In this document: one piece after another, positions 26,495-36,913 of the stretch
Layout of the letters: each line of letters starts with the position of its first letter
How positions within the stretch are numbered: position 1 is the first letter of the stretch
From: an uncultured Gammaproteobacteria bacterium
GTDB lineage: Bacteria; Patescibacteriota; Microgenomatia; UBA8517
DNA length: 55,858 nt
Assembly (NCBI GenBank): GCA_964506225.1
Contig: CAZDKH010000009.1
Location: 1 to 55,858, forward strand
Direction of reading: 5' to 3'
Notes under the pieces: model-generated
Databases searched by the model: none
The model's input: the letters and a program-made list of their open reading frames with translations, nothing else
What the model was told of the DNA's origin: nothing
Translations under genes and position numbers: made by a program

Positions 26495-28684
26495 ATGAAA
26501 AAAATTGATAAATCGTTAGAGTTTGGGGGAAGAAAATTAACTTTATCCACTGGATTTTTGGCAGAACAAGCAGACGCTGCAGTTTTAGCGTCTTACGGAG
26601 AGACAGTAGTTTTGGCAACGGTAGTTGCCGCACCTCTTCGCGAATATCCCGGGTACTTTCCCTTATCAGTTGAGTATATGGAAAGGCTTTATGCTGGAGG
26701 GAGAATTAAGGGAAGTAGGTGGGTAAAAAGAGAAGGACGCCCCTCAGACGAGGAAATTCTCATAGGTAGACTTGTTGACAGGTCGATTCGTCCGCTTTTT
26801 GACAAATCATATCAAAAGGAAGTTCAAGTCATAGTTACTGTTTTGTCGGTTGATTTGGAGAATTCCCCTGATGTTCTTGCCTCAATAGCTGCTTCGGCCG
26901 CGATTGAAATCTCTGCTATTCCTTGGAATGGGCCGGTTGGTACGCTAAAGGTGGGGATGAAGGATTTGGTCTACTTCACAAATCCAACTGACACCGAACT
27001 TGGTCATTCGGAAATGGAACTTGTAATTTCAGCAACCAATGAGGCAATTGTGATGCTTGAGGCTAGCAGTAAAGAAGTTCCTGAGGAAGAAATTTTAGGT
27101 GCAATAGAATATGGTCAATCCGAGGCAAAAAAGATAATTACTCTTATTAAGGAATTTGCCAAGGAGGTTGGAGTTAAAAAAGAGGTTATAGTTAAAGAAA
27201 AACCTGACCAGGATCTTTATAAGAAAGTCAAGGAAGTAGTTGACAAAGAAATTTCCACTTTGGTTAGAAAACTGGCTTCTCATCAAGAAAATCGTCTTAC
27301 TTATGAGGAATACAAAAAAAGCCTTTATGATTCTTTTCCCGATACTGACCCACAGGTAATTGCTGGTATTTTTGACGATCTAGTCAGTCAAAATTTGAGA
27401 GAAATGATTTTATCAGGTAAGCGTCCAGACGGAAGAAGGCACGACGAAATTCGCAAAATTGAAATTGAAGTTGGTATCTTGCCACGAACTCATGGATCAG
27501 CGATTTTCAAGCGTGGTCAAACACAGGTTCTTACCGTAACCACCCTTGGTTCTCCTTCTCTTGAGCAGCTTATTGAGTCTGCAGAGGGCGAGGAGACCAA
27601 AAGGTATATTCATCACTATTCAATGCCCCCCTTTTCCACCGGAGAAACAGGAAAAGTTGGTTTCCCTTCAAGGCGCGAAATTGGACATGGTGCACTTGCA
27701 GAAAAGGCCCTAATTCCTGTTATCCCCCCTGAGGAGAAATTTCCCTACACAATCAGGGTTGTTTCTGAAATACTTTCCTCAAACGGTTCAACATCTATGG
27801 CTTCAGCTTGTGGTTCAACACTTTCTTTGATGGATGCTGGTGTTCCCATAAAAGCTGCTGTTGCTGGGATAGCCATGGGTTTAGTAATAGAGGACGAAAA
27901 AAATTTTGTCATTTTATCCGATATCACAGGACTTGAAGATAGTGGCGGAGATATGGATTTTAAGATTGCAGGAACCAAAGCCGGGGTAACCGCCATGCAA
28001 CTTGATGTTAAGACTCTTAAACTTACTTCCAAAATTTTAGCCGAGGCTCTTAAGAAAGCTTACAAAGGTCGCCTAGAGATTCTTTCTGAGATGGAAAAGG
28101 TTATCTCCCAACCGCGTCTTAAGATTTCTGATTATGCACCAAAGATAAAAGTTATCAAAATTTCTACTGACAAAATTGGGGATTTAATCGGCCCTGGAGG
28201 AAGGATTATCAGAAAAATAATTTCAGAGACAGGTGCCCAAGTTGACGTTGAGGATGATGGTACAGTAACTGTTTCCGGGCTTTCTGAAGATAAGGTTTCT
28301 GAGGCAATAAGGAGAGTAGAAGGACTTACCAAAGAGGTTAAGGTGGGTGAAATCTATGAAGGGGTTGTCAAAAGAATTCAGCCGTTTGGAGCCTTTGTGG
28401 AGTTTTTACCGGGTAAAGAAGGACTTATTCACATATCTGATATGTCTGAGGGCTTTGTTAAAGATCCTGCTCACGTAGTTTCAATCGGTCAAAAAGTACA
28501 GGTCCGTGTAAAAGAGATAGACGATTTTGGGAGAGTGAACCTTTCAATGCTTTTAGAAGATAAGAGAAAGGTTTTTAAAAAGGAGACAAGATTTATTCCA
28601 AAAGGGAAATCGAAATGGAACAAGAAGTCCTCAGGCCCGCATTTTCCTACAAGCAGACTCTTGGAGACTAAAAAGAAGTATTAA
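26495..28684 (+). CDS. pnp: Polyribonucleotide nucleotidyltransferase (PNPase)
   Basis: Two RNase PH domains, a KH domain (IGDLIGPGGRIIRKI) and an S1 domain (GEIYEGVVKRIQPFGAFVEF). Follows rpsO. Confidence 0.95.
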   Translation: MKKIDKSLEFGGRKLTLSTGFLAEQADAAVLASYGETVVLATVVAAPLREYPGYFPLSVEYMERLYAGGRIKGSRWVKREGRPSDEEILIGRLVDRSIRPLFDKSYQKEVQVIVTVLSVDLENSPDVLASIAASAAIEISAIPWNGPVGTLKVGMKDLVYFTNPTDTELGHSEMELVISATNEAIVMLEASSKEVPEEEILGAIEYGQSEAKKIITLIKEFAKEVGVKKEVIVKEKPDQDLYKKVKEVVDKEISTLVRKLASHQENRLTYEEYKKSLYDSFPDTDPQVIAGIFDDLVSQNLREMILSGKRPDGRRHDEIRKIEIEVGILPRTHGSAIFKRGQTQVLTVTTLGSPSLEQLIESAEGEETKRYIHHYSMPPFSTGETGKVGFPSRREIGHGALAEKALIPVIPPEEKFPYTIRVVSEILSSNGSTSMASACGSTLSLMDAGVPIKAAVAGIAMGLVIEDEKNFVILSDITGLEDSGGDMDFKIAGTKAGVTAMQLDVKTLKLTSKILAEALKKAYKGRLEILSEMEKVISQPRLKISDYAPKIKVIKISTDKIGDLIGPGGRIIRKIISETGAQVDVEDDGTVTVSGLSEDKVSEAIRRVEGLTKEVKVGEIYEGVVKRIQPFGAFVEFLPGKEGLIHISDMSEGFVKDPAHVVSIGQKVQVRVKEIDDFGRVNLSMLLEDKRKVFKKETRFIPKGKSKWNKKSSGPHFPTSRLLETKKKY

Positions 28685-28714
28685 AAGCTATCTTCTTGTG
28701 TTAAAGTAAAAGTA

Positions 28715-29764
28715 ATGGATCAAGCAGTCAAACAAGTAGAGGATCTTGTGGTAAAGATGCAAAAAGCAGATGTTCCGGAGGATCTTAGAAATTCTGTTCT
28801 CACCCGATTGTCTCAGCTTGAGAAATTGACAGAGTCTTCCACTTTTCTTCCGGAGTTTGACAGGATGAACAATTACATAGGCTGGATAACAGCCCTTCCT
28901 TGGAATAAAAGAACACAGGATGTTTTGGATTTAGAGCATGCAAAAAAGATCTTGGATAAAAATCACTTTGGTCTAGAGCACATTAAAGAAAGGCTTTTGG
29001 AGTATATTTCTGTTATGAAATTAAAGCAAGAAAAGGGGGAGGGAGAGGATTTTATGAGAGCACCAATTCTTTGTTTTGTTGGCCTTGTAGGTACGGGCAA
29101 AACTACAATTGCAATTTCTATCGCAGAAGCCCTGGGAAGAAAATTTGCAAGAATCCCGTTTGGTGGAATGGGTGACCCCCTTGATTTAAGGGGGCAATCC
29201 AGAATGCACCCCGAGGCAGAACCGGGAAGGGTAATTAAGGCCCTTAAATTTACAGCGAGTAAAAACTCGGTGATTTTGCTTGACGAGATTGACAGGGTAA
29301 CAGATGAAGGAAGAGCATCGATAATGGGTGTTTTGGTGGAACTGCTTGACCCTGAGCAAAACAATTCATTTATCGATCATTATGTTGATTACCCCTTTGA
29401 TTTAAGCGAAGTCCTTTTTGTCGCGACAGCCAATAATACTACAAATATCGCAACGGCAGTTTTGGACAGGCTTGAGCCAATAAGTATGCCTTCATATACT
29501 GACCACGAGAAAGTCATTATTGGACAGCGTTACATGCTTCCAAAAATTATGAAGCAAGCGGGTTTACCTCCCGATAGCCTCACAATAGATGAGGAGGTCT
29601 GGATTAATATAGTTCGTCCATTGGGTTTTGATGCGGGCATCAGAACCTTAGAACGAACCATTTCTGGGATAACAAGAAAGGTTGCACGATTAATTGTTGA
29701 AGGGAAAGCACAAAAGTTTCAAATTACCCCGAAGAACGTCAAAGAATTTTTGCCACAGTGGTGA
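28715..29764 (+). CDS. Lon-type AAA+ ATPase module only (no N-terminal substrate domain, no protease domain)
   Basis: YIGWITALPWNKRT...HFGLEHIKERLLEYISV, Walker A GLVGTGKTT, Walker B VILLDEIDR, LVELLDPEQNNSFIDHY. The ORF ends where the Lon protease domain would begin, and its TGA overlaps the ATG of udg. Confidence 0.7.
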   Translation: MDQAVKQVEDLVVKMQKADVPEDLRNSVLTRLSQLEKLTESSTFLPEFDRMNNYIGWITALPWNKRTQDVLDLEHAKKILDKNHFGLEHIKERLLEYISVMKLKQEKGEGEDFMRAPILCFVGLVGTGKTTIAISIAEALGRKFARIPFGGMGDPLDLRGQSRMHPEAEPGRVIKALKFTASKNSVILLDEIDRVTDEGRASIMGVLVELLDPEQNNSFIDHYVDYPFDLSEVLFVATANNTTNIATAVLDRLEPISMPSYTDHEKVIIGQRYMLPKIMKQAGLPPDSLTIDEEVWINIVRPLGFDAGIRTLERTISGITRKVARLIVEGKAQKFQITPKNVKEFLPQW

Positions 29765-30381
29765 TGGACAAACTAAAAGCTCTCCAAAAAATAAAACAAG
29801 AGATGTTAAAAGATAATTCCCTGCCTCTTAAAAAAGAGGCTACTAATTTAGTCTTCGGAGATGGAAATCCCAATGCAGAAATTTTCTTTTTAGGAGAGGG
29901 GCCAGGCTACTGGGAAGATCAAAAAGGTATTCCCTTTGTCGGTAATGCAGGGTCCCTTCTTAATCAGCTACTTCGGTTAATAAATATAAAAAGAGAGGAT
30001 GTTTTTATAACCAATGTCATTCATTATCGCCCGCCAGCAAACCGCGATCCGACACCCGAGGAGATAGAGGCTTTTTCTCCCTATCTTGACAGAATAATTG
30101 CGGTTATCAATCCAAAAGTTTTTGTGACGCTGGGGCGTTTTAGTATGGGCAAATTTCTACCAAATGCTCGAATTAGCAGTGTTCATGGCAAGGTACATAA
30201 GGTAAACTGGAGAGGAAGAAAGATAACAGTTGTACCAATGTATCACCCTGCTGCAGCCCTAAGAAACAATGATATTTTAAGACAAATTAAAGAGGATTTT
30301 CTGAAATTACCAGAAATTTTGGAAAAAGCTCGCGAGCTGGAAAAACCAGAACAAGAGGTCAAGCAAATGCAACTTATATGA
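29764..30381 (+). CDS. udg: Uracil-DNA glycosylase, family 4
   Basis: FLGEGPGYWEDQKGIPFVGNAG and MYHPAAALRN motifs. ATG at 29764 (TGATG overlap) preferred over GTG at 29758. Confidence 0.85.
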   Translation: MDKLKALQKIKQEMLKDNSLPLKKEATNLVFGDGNPNAEIFFLGEGPGYWEDQKGIPFVGNAGSLLNQLLRLINIKREDVFITNVIHYRPPANRDPTPEEIEAFSPYLDRIIAVINPKVFVTLGRFSMGKFLPNARISSVHGKVHKVNWRGRKITVVPMYHPAAALRNNDILRQIKEDFLKLPEILEKARELEKPEQEVKQMQLI

Positions 30382-32027
30382 GTTTAAAATTTATAGCTTT
30401 ATCAGGAACAACAGGAGTTACTGAAAACTTCTATGTTTATGAACATCAGAACGATATGATAATCATTGATTGTGGGGTTGGATTTCCTGAAACTGATATG
30501 TATGGGGCTGACCTTGTAATTCCCGACTTTTCATATATCAAAGAGAATGTGGGCAAATTAAAAGCCATACTTATAACCCACGGACATGAGGACCATTTTG
30601 GAGCATTACCGTTTTTATTAAAAGAAGTGAAAGCCCCAATTTATGCGACTAAGTTGGTAGCCGGCTTTATCGAAGATAAGTTTGGCGATTATAGCCTTGA
30701 CGATTACATAATCAATGTTTTTGATCCAGATAAGGATGTCTTAAACATTAATTCATTTAGAGTTTACCCCTTTAGAATAACCCACTCGGTTCCGGATAGT
30801 GTTGGTTTTTGTCTTGAAACTCCTCAAGGTAAGGTCTTCCATGTAGCCGACTATAAATTCGACTGGACTCCTGTTGATGGCAAAACTTTTGATGTACGCA
30901 AGGTGGCTCTTCTTGCCTCGAAGGACGTGTTGGCTTTGGCCTCGGATTCTTTGGGATCAACCACCCCGGGTTATACCGGGAGTGAAAAAGAAATAGAAGC
31001 AAGAATTGAAAAAATTGTCAGAGAGGCAAAAAAGGCAATCTATTTTACAACCATTTCTTCAAATATTTCTAGAATCCAACAGGCAATAAACGTGGCCAAA
31101 AGGCAAGAAAGAAAGGTTGTTTTCATTGGTCGTTCAATTGATAAGAAAGCAGCCATTTCTCAAAATCTTGGTTTTTTGTATTATGAAAAGGGAGTTGTCA
31201 TAAGGCCAGAGGATGCGAAAGAATACGCCGGCGAAAAGCTTTTTTATATTATTTCAGGTAGTTATGGACAAGTTGGAAGTGCCCTCTACAGACTCTCTTT
31301 GGGAGAGCATGAATTTTTGAGAATAAAAAAGGACGATGTGGTAATTTTTTCTTCGGATCCTGCCCCTCCAGGGTCAAAACAAAATGTTGATTTTGTGGTG
31401 GACCATCTTATCAATTTGGGAGCAGATGTTCATTATTATGATCTTCAGGAAGACCTGCATGTCTCGGGTCATGGGAGTGAGGAAGATATAAAGATGCTTT
31501 TTGCTCTTGTACGACCAAAATATTTTATTCCAATTGGAGGAACAATTCGCCACATGAGGTCTTATAAAAACTTGGCAGAACTATTTGGCGCAAAAAATGG
31601 AGATGTTCTTGAGCTAATGCCTGGAGAGATTGTTGAGTTTCAAGAAGGAAAAGCAAAAAAAGCAGGTCGAGTTCCTGTCAGAGAAGTCTTGGTTGACGGT
31701 CTGGAAGTTGGCGATGTTGGGAAAGTGGTTTTAAGAGACCGCCAAATCCTTGCAAAAGAGGGAATTGCCATAGTTCTGGTTCAAATTGATCTCAACAAAA
31801 AAAGGCTTTTGGGAACCCCCGAGATAATAAGTCGCGGCTTTGTTTTTGAAAAAGTCAAACGTGGTCTTTTAATCTCTGCAGGTAAGCTTCTTGAAAGAGA
31901 GCTTATGAAAAAGAAATTGTTAGATAGACCTGTAGTCAAAGCCGTAACCAGACATACTCTGGAGAAGTATTTCGCCAAAAAAATTGGCCGCCACCCCATG
32001 ATTCTACCTGTTGTTGTAGAAGTCTAG
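30378..32027 (+). CDS. rnj: Ribonuclease J (metallo-beta-lactamase / beta-CASP)
   Basis: ITHGHEDHFGALP and HVSGHGSEED; size and C-terminal domain are typical of RNase J. Confidence 0.9.
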   Translation: MSLKFIALSGTTGVTENFYVYEHQNDMIIIDCGVGFPETDMYGADLVIPDFSYIKENVGKLKAILITHGHEDHFGALPFLLKEVKAPIYATKLVAGFIEDKFGDYSLDDYIINVFDPDKDVLNINSFRVYPFRITHSVPDSVGFCLETPQGKVFHVADYKFDWTPVDGKTFDVRKVALLASKDVLALASDSLGSTTPGYTGSEKEIEARIEKIVREAKKAIYFTTISSNISRIQQAINVAKRQERKVVFIGRSIDKKAAISQNLGFLYYEKGVVIRPEDAKEYAGEKLFYIISGSYGQVGSALYRLSLGEHEFLRIKKDDVVIFSSDPAPPGSKQNVDFVVDHLINLGADVHYYDLQEDLHVSGHGSEEDIKMLFALVRPKYFIPIGGTIRHMRSYKNLAELFGAKNGDVLELMPGEIVEFQEGKAKKAGRVPVREVLVDGLEVGDVGKVVLRDRQILAKEGIAIVLVQIDLNKKRLLGTPEIISRGFVFEKVKRGLLISAGKLLERELMKKKLLDRPVVKAVTRHTLEKYFAKKIGRHPMILPVVVEV

Positions 32028-32065
32028 AAGAATTTTGTTGTTACTTCTTACAAACCTTGGGTATA

Positions 32066-34174
32066 ATGAATCTAGCTATGTCCAAAAAGAAGAAAAAACA
32101 TGGCAAACTTGGGCGTCCCAAAAAAGGACTTGGTCTAAAGCTCTCAAGAAGTACAGTTATTTCAATCCTTCAAGTTGGATTTTTTGTTCTTTCGGGATTG
32201 GTTATTGTTTCTTTTAGTCGACAGGGCGCAATTTTAGTCCAGTTGAATGATTTTTTGGTAAGTTATTTTTCTTGGACTGCCGTTTTTTTGCCTTTTGTTT
32301 TTTTGACATTAGGCCTTCTTTTTTCAAAGTTTAAAACACCTCTCAATCAACCCAATGTGATTGTCGGTTTTATGCTTTTTTTAATTTCGATAATGAGCCT
32401 GACCAAGGCTGGCTTTCTGGGTAAAGCTGCGTGGGAAGGTGTGGCTGCGTTAATTACCCCTGCCGGAGCATTTATAGTACTTTTGGGTACAACACTTGTT
32501 GGTCTTGTGATTTTATTTAACACCTCCCTTGATCAAGTGATTTCCTTTTTTGTGGCCTTTTTGCTACAAGTGCGCCGTTATCTTTTGGGTGAGAAGAAAT
32601 TGGGCAAAGGTCTAATGAGGGGACAACTAAAAGTTTCTGGTGGGTTGACCTCTTCTGCGACAACAATTAGGAAACCACAGCCAGTCTCCAAAGAGCCATT
32701 GGCCGAAAAGCTTGTAAGTAATATGCCCGGTGAGGATAAAGTTTGGAAATATCCTCCTTTTTCGCTTTTGCTGGAAAGCGAAACTGGTAAGGCCGACAGG
32801 GGAGACATCCGCGGAAACGCCTCCACAATTGAGAAAACTCTTGAATCTTTTGGTATTACAGCCCGGGTAGTTGAAGTAAATCTTGGTCCAGCAGTTACTC
32901 AATATGCCTTAGAGGTTGCCCTTGGAACAAAACTTTCAAAAATAACCGCCCTTGAGCGAGATTTGGCCTTAGCACTTGCTGCTCCCACCGGTACGATTAG
33001 AATTGAGGCTCCAATTCCCGGGAAAAGCCTTGTGGGTATTGAGCTTCCCAATAGGACCCCGGAATTTGTGCATATAAAAAGAATGCTTGAATCAGATGCG
33101 ATGCGTGACAACGACTCACGCCTTATTTTAGCTCTTGGACTTGACGTTGCCGGCAAACCTATTGTTGCCAATCTCGCAAGAATGCCCCACATGCTAATTG
33201 CCGGTCAAACAGGGTCTGGAAAAAGTGTTTGCATTAATACATTTTTAGCTTCGCTTTTATTTAGGGCGTCTCCAAGCGAAGTAAAGCTTATCTTGGTTGA
33301 TCCCAAACGTGTTGAACTTACCTCTTATGATGGTATACCCCATCTTCTATCCCCGGTGATAGTTGAGCCTGAAAAAGTAGTCTCGGCCTTAAGATGGGTT
33401 TTATCTGAAATGGACAGAAGATATAAACTTTTTTCACAGGCCGGGGTTCGAAATATTGACTCTTACAACGACATGTCTGGTTTTCAGGCGCTTCCTTATA
33501 TTATTTTTATTATTGATGAACTTGCAGACATCATGCTTTTTTCTCCAGTGGAAGTTGAGGATGCGATTACCAGAATTGCCCAAATGAGTCGGGCAACCGG
33601 GATTCACATGATTTTGTCCACTCAAAGACCCTCGGTTGATGTTATTACTGGCCTTATAAAAGCAAATATCCCTTGTAGAATCGCCTTTGCAGTTGCCTCT
33701 CAGGTTGATTCAAGGGTTATCCTCGACACTCAGGGAGCCGAAAAGCTATTGGGACGGGGTGATATGCTTTATCTTCCCCCTGAGCAGGCCAAGCCTATAA
33801 GAATTCAGGGAGCCTATATTGCCGACAAAGAAATTAGTTCACTTGTGTCCTTCCTAAGAAATCAGGGTGTTGCCCCGCAATATACCGAAGAGGTAACCTC
33901 AATGCCAAAGCCGGGTACCACGACAGTTGCTGGAGTAGATGGAGAGTTGGATGAGCTTTTTGGCGAAGCGGTAAAGATAGTCTGTCAGTACGAAAGAGCC
34001 TCAGCCTCTCTTTTACAAAGGAAACTATCTATTGGTTATGCTCGGGCTGCTAGAGTTATAGATCAACTGGAGGCGGCAGGGGTAGTTGCACCATCGGACG
34101 GAACTTCCAAGCCACGCGATGTGCTCATTCAAAATGCTGACGAGTTTTTAGCTCGTCGCAAACAAGAAGAGTAA
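32066..34174 (+). CDS. ftsK: DNA translocase FtsK/SpoIIIE
   Basis: N-terminal TM helices, HMLIAGQTGSGKSV (Walker A), IFIIDELAD, gamma domain LLQRKLSIGYARAARVIDQLE. Start ambiguous (TTG 32057, ATG 32066 or ATG 32078). Confidence 0.9.
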   Translation: MNLAMSKKKKKHGKLGRPKKGLGLKLSRSTVISILQVGFFVLSGLVIVSFSRQGAILVQLNDFLVSYFSWTAVFLPFVFLTLGLLFSKFKTPLNQPNVIVGFMLFLISIMSLTKAGFLGKAAWEGVAALITPAGAFIVLLGTTLVGLVILFNTSLDQVISFFVAFLLQVRRYLLGEKKLGKGLMRGQLKVSGGLTSSATTIRKPQPVSKEPLAEKLVSNMPGEDKVWKYPPFSLLLESETGKADRGDIRGNASTIEKTLESFGITARVVEVNLGPAVTQYALEVALGTKLSKITALERDLALALAAPTGTIRIEAPIPGKSLVGIELPNRTPEFVHIKRMLESDAMRDNDSRLILALGLDVAGKPIVANLARMPHMLIAGQTGSGKSVCINTFLASLLFRASPSEVKLILVDPKRVELTSYDGIPHLLSPVIVEPEKVVSALRWVLSEMDRRYKLFSQAGVRNIDSYNDMSGFQALPYIIFIIDELADIMLFSPVEVEDAITRIAQMSRATGIHMILSTQRPSVDVITGLIKANIPCRIAFAVASQVDSRVILDTQGAEKLLGRGDMLYLPPEQAKPIRIQGAYIADKEISSLVSFLRNQGVAPQYTEEVTSMPKPGTTTVAGVDGELDELFGEAVKIVCQYERASASLLQRKLSIGYARAARVIDQLEAAGVVAPSDGTSKPRDVLIQNADEFLARRKQEE

Positions 34175-34186
34175 TAATCTACTTTA

Positions 34187-34813
34187 ATGAAGACAATTGG
34201 AGATTATCTAAAAGAAGCCCGCATAAAAAAAGGATTGTCTGTCACCGAGATAGGAGAGATAACAAAAATTAAGAAAAGTTTTATTGAGGCAATAGAAAAG
34301 AATAAATGGACGAGTTTACCTGATTTTGCTGCTGTGGTTGGCTTTGTCAAAAGCATAGCCCAGACACTTGAGTTGGATGAAAAGCAGGCAGTGGCATTTT
34401 TAAAAAGAGACTATCCGCCCAAAAAAACTGCTTCATTCCCAAAACTAGAAATTCGCGAGAAATTTACATGGAACCCGAGGCTTACCTTTCTTTTGGGAAT
34501 TTCATTGGTGTCAATTTTGGTATTGGGTTATATGATTTTTCAATATAAAAAGTTTTCAAGCCCGCCATTTTTGCAAATAGAAAGTCCAAAGGAGGGGGAA
34601 GTTATTCAGCAAACGCCAGTGACTGTCAGGGGTAAAGTGGATGCAAATGCCACTCTTTGGATTAATAACCAGCCTGGTTTGGTCGAAGAGAATGGTGATT
34701 TTAGTGTGGATATTGAAGTTGGCAGCGACACAAAGGAAATAGTTGTTGTTGCAAGGTCTCGTTCTGGAAAAGAAACTGTAATTCGTCGTACAATCAAACC
34801 AGAATTAAAATGA
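34187..34813 (+). CDS. RodZ-like HTH + single-TM morphogenetic protein
   Basis: N-terminal XRE-type HTH (IGDYLKEARIKKGLSVTEIGEITKIKKSFIEAIE), central TM helix, C-terminal beta-rich domain. Confidence 0.55.
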   Translation: MKTIGDYLKEARIKKGLSVTEIGEITKIKKSFIEAIEKNKWTSLPDFAAVVGFVKSIAQTLELDEKQAVAFLKRDYPPKKTASFPKLEIREKFTWNPRLTFLLGISLVSILVLGYMIFQYKKFSSPPFLQIESPKEGEVIQQTPVTVRGKVDANATLWINNQPGLVEENGDFSVDIEVGSDTKEIVVVARSRSGKETVIRRTIKPELK

Positions 34814-35058
34814 CTGGGTTACAAACACTTTTGGTGGTTGTTGTTATTTCTTTAACAACACTTTTATTTATTGTTGGTTATCAGGTGTTTATGATTCTTA
34901 TTGATTTGCGTAGAGCCTTGAAAAGGCTTAATAGTATCTTGGATGATTCAATACTAGGGGGAGGACTTATAAGACCACATAAATTAACCGGAATTTTGGA
35001 AATGTTTAAAAAAGGTCGGGTGAATGAAATTAAAAAACAGGGCGAAATTTCTTCTTAA
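34810..35058 (+). CDS. Small membrane protein (N-terminal TM + helical tail), hypothetical
   Basis: TM helix LLVVVVISLTTLLFIVGYQVFMILI. 4-nt overlap with the upstream gene. Confidence 0.45.
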   Translation: MTGLQTLLVVVVISLTTLLFIVGYQVFMILIDLRRALKRLNSILDDSILGGGLIRPHKLTGILEMFKKGRVNEIKKQGEISS

Positions 35059-35143
35059 TCCTTGATAATATGCTTACTTTCACTTTAGTGTTTCTATCTT
35101 CTGATAACTAGCCTTAAAAGAGATTTGAAGTTATAATTTATCC

Positions 35144-36910
35144 ATGATTAGTGTTGAAGTTAAGAGAAAATTTATAGAGTTTTTTAAAGTTTCTCCCAGA
35201 AATCATAAAGAAGTTTCTCCTGCCCCACTTGTGTTACCAGATGACCCAACAACTCTTTTTACTTCTTCTGGCATGCAGCCGCTTGTACCTTTTTTATTGG
35301 GAGAAAGTCACCCCCTAGGAAGGCGTCTTGTGAATTATCAGCCCAGTCTACGGGTACAGGATATTGATGAAGTTGGAGATAACAGACATACAACCTATTT
35401 TGAAATGTTGGGAAATTGGAGTCTTGGAGATTACTTTAAAAAAGAACAGTTGGCGTGGTTTTTGGAATTTTTGACAAAGGAATTGGGGCTTGCTAAAAAG
35501 AAACTTTGGGTGAGTGTATTTGAAGGAGGTGCAGGGGTTCCTAAAGATACAGAGTCGGCTGAAATTTGGAAAAAACTAGGGATTCCCAGAGAGAGGATTT
35601 TTTACTATGGTGTTGCTAAGAATTGGTGGAGTAGAAGCGGGCCACCCGATAAAATGCCACCGGGGGAAATTGGTGGTCCGGACAGTGAGGTTTTTTATGA
35701 TTTTGGGGAAGATTTAAGGCTCCATGAGAAGTCAAAATGGGTAAAAAAGAAATGTCACCCCAACTGTGATTGCGGAAGATTTTTGGAAATTGGCAACAGT
35801 GTTTTTATTCAGTACAGAAAGACCAAAGAAGGGAAGCTCGAGGAGCTTCCACAAAAGAATGTGGATTTTGGAGGAGGACTTGAAAGAATGACTGCTGCCA
35901 CCATGAATACGCCGGACATCTTTAAGATTGATGTTTTTTCAGGGTTTATTTCAGCAATAGAGGAGATATCTCATAAAAGTTACCAAGGAAATGAGAAAGA
36001 GGTGAGGATTATTTCTGATCATATGAGAGCTTCGGCTGCCTTGATTTCAGAGGGGGTTCTTCCCAGCAACAAGCTGCAGGGGTATGTCTTAAGAAGATTA
36101 ATAAGAAGATCGGCAGTCAAAATGCGAGCTCTAAAGGGAGATTTGCAAAAAAATGACCTTAATTTTAATTTTCTTAAAAAAATCTCGAAGGTCATTGAAG
36201 AGGAAGTTGAACGTTTTGCCAGGACATTAGACAAAGGGTTAAGAGAAATCGAAAAGATAAAAAATATTAACGGCAAAATCGCCTTTGATCTTTACCAGAC
36301 TTATGGCTTTCCTTTGGAAATTACCGAGGAGATAATCAGACAAAAAGGCCAGAAGATTAATCACGCTGAATTCCAAAGGGAATTTGAGAAACATCAAGAG
36401 TTATCCAGAAGTGCCAGCGCTTCTATGTTTAAGGGGGGACTTGCAGATCACTCTTATGAGGTAACAAGGCTTCATACTGCTACTCACTTGATTCACGCTG
36501 CGTTAAGAAAGGTTTTAGGTAAACACGTTGTCCAAAAAGGATCAAATATTACAAAAGAAAGATTAAGGTTTGATTTTTCGCACCCAAATAAATTAAGCGG
36601 TGAAGAGATTAAGTCTATTGAGAGGTTGGTAAACGAGCAGATTGATAAGGACTTGCCGGTTTATTGGGAGATAAAAACCTTGGATGAGGCTAAAAAGGAG
36701 GGGGCCTTGGCTTTTTTTGGACAGAAATATGATAAGAAGGTTAAAGTTTACAGTATAGGTCCTCCGAGAGGTTCAGGTACTCCTTTCAGTCAGGAAGTTT
36801 GTGGTGGGCCCCATGTAACGCATCTTGGTGAAATTCAAGGTCATGTTAGAATAATAAAACAAGAGTCTGCCGCCGCGGGAGTCCGAAGGATTTACGCGGA
36901 AATCTCTTAA
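35144..36910 (+). CDS. alaS: Alanine--tRNA ligase, compact form lacking the C-Ala domain (588 aa)
   Basis: FIEFFK...H..V...PLV...DPTTLFTSSGMQP, FEMLGNWSLGDYFK, editing-domain HTATHLIHAALRKVLG and CGGPHV. Ends just after the editing domain. Confidence 0.9.
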   Translation: MISVEVKRKFIEFFKVSPRNHKEVSPAPLVLPDDPTTLFTSSGMQPLVPFLLGESHPLGRRLVNYQPSLRVQDIDEVGDNRHTTYFEMLGNWSLGDYFKKEQLAWFLEFLTKELGLAKKKLWVSVFEGGAGVPKDTESAEIWKKLGIPRERIFYYGVAKNWWSRSGPPDKMPPGEIGGPDSEVFYDFGEDLRLHEKSKWVKKKCHPNCDCGRFLEIGNSVFIQYRKTKEGKLEELPQKNVDFGGGLERMTAATMNTPDIFKIDVFSGFISAIEEISHKSYQGNEKEVRIISDHMRASAALISEGVLPSNKLQGYVLRRLIRRSAVKMRALKGDLQKNDLNFNFLKKISKVIEEEVERFARTLDKGLREIEKIKNINGKIAFDLYQTYGFPLEITEEIIRQKGQKINHAEFQREFEKHQELSRSASASMFKGGLADHSYEVTRLHTATHLIHAALRKVLGKHVVQKGSNITKERLRFDFSHPNKLSGEEIKSIERLVNEQIDKDLPVYWEIKTLDEAKKEGALAFFGQKYDKKVKVYSIGPPRGSGTPFSQEVCGGPHVTHLGEIQGHVRIIKQESAAAGVRRIYAEIS

Positions 36911-36913
36911 ATC

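Noticed and set aside
35132-35146. TATAAT 6 nt upstream of the alaS ATG, considered as evidence for a leaderless alaS mRNA.
   Set aside because: No acceptable -35 hexamer or TG extension lies at the right spacing (TAGCCT/CTAGCC), so this is too weak to call from sequence alone. It is kept only as a note supporting the possible leaderless trend seen at hrcA and vapB.
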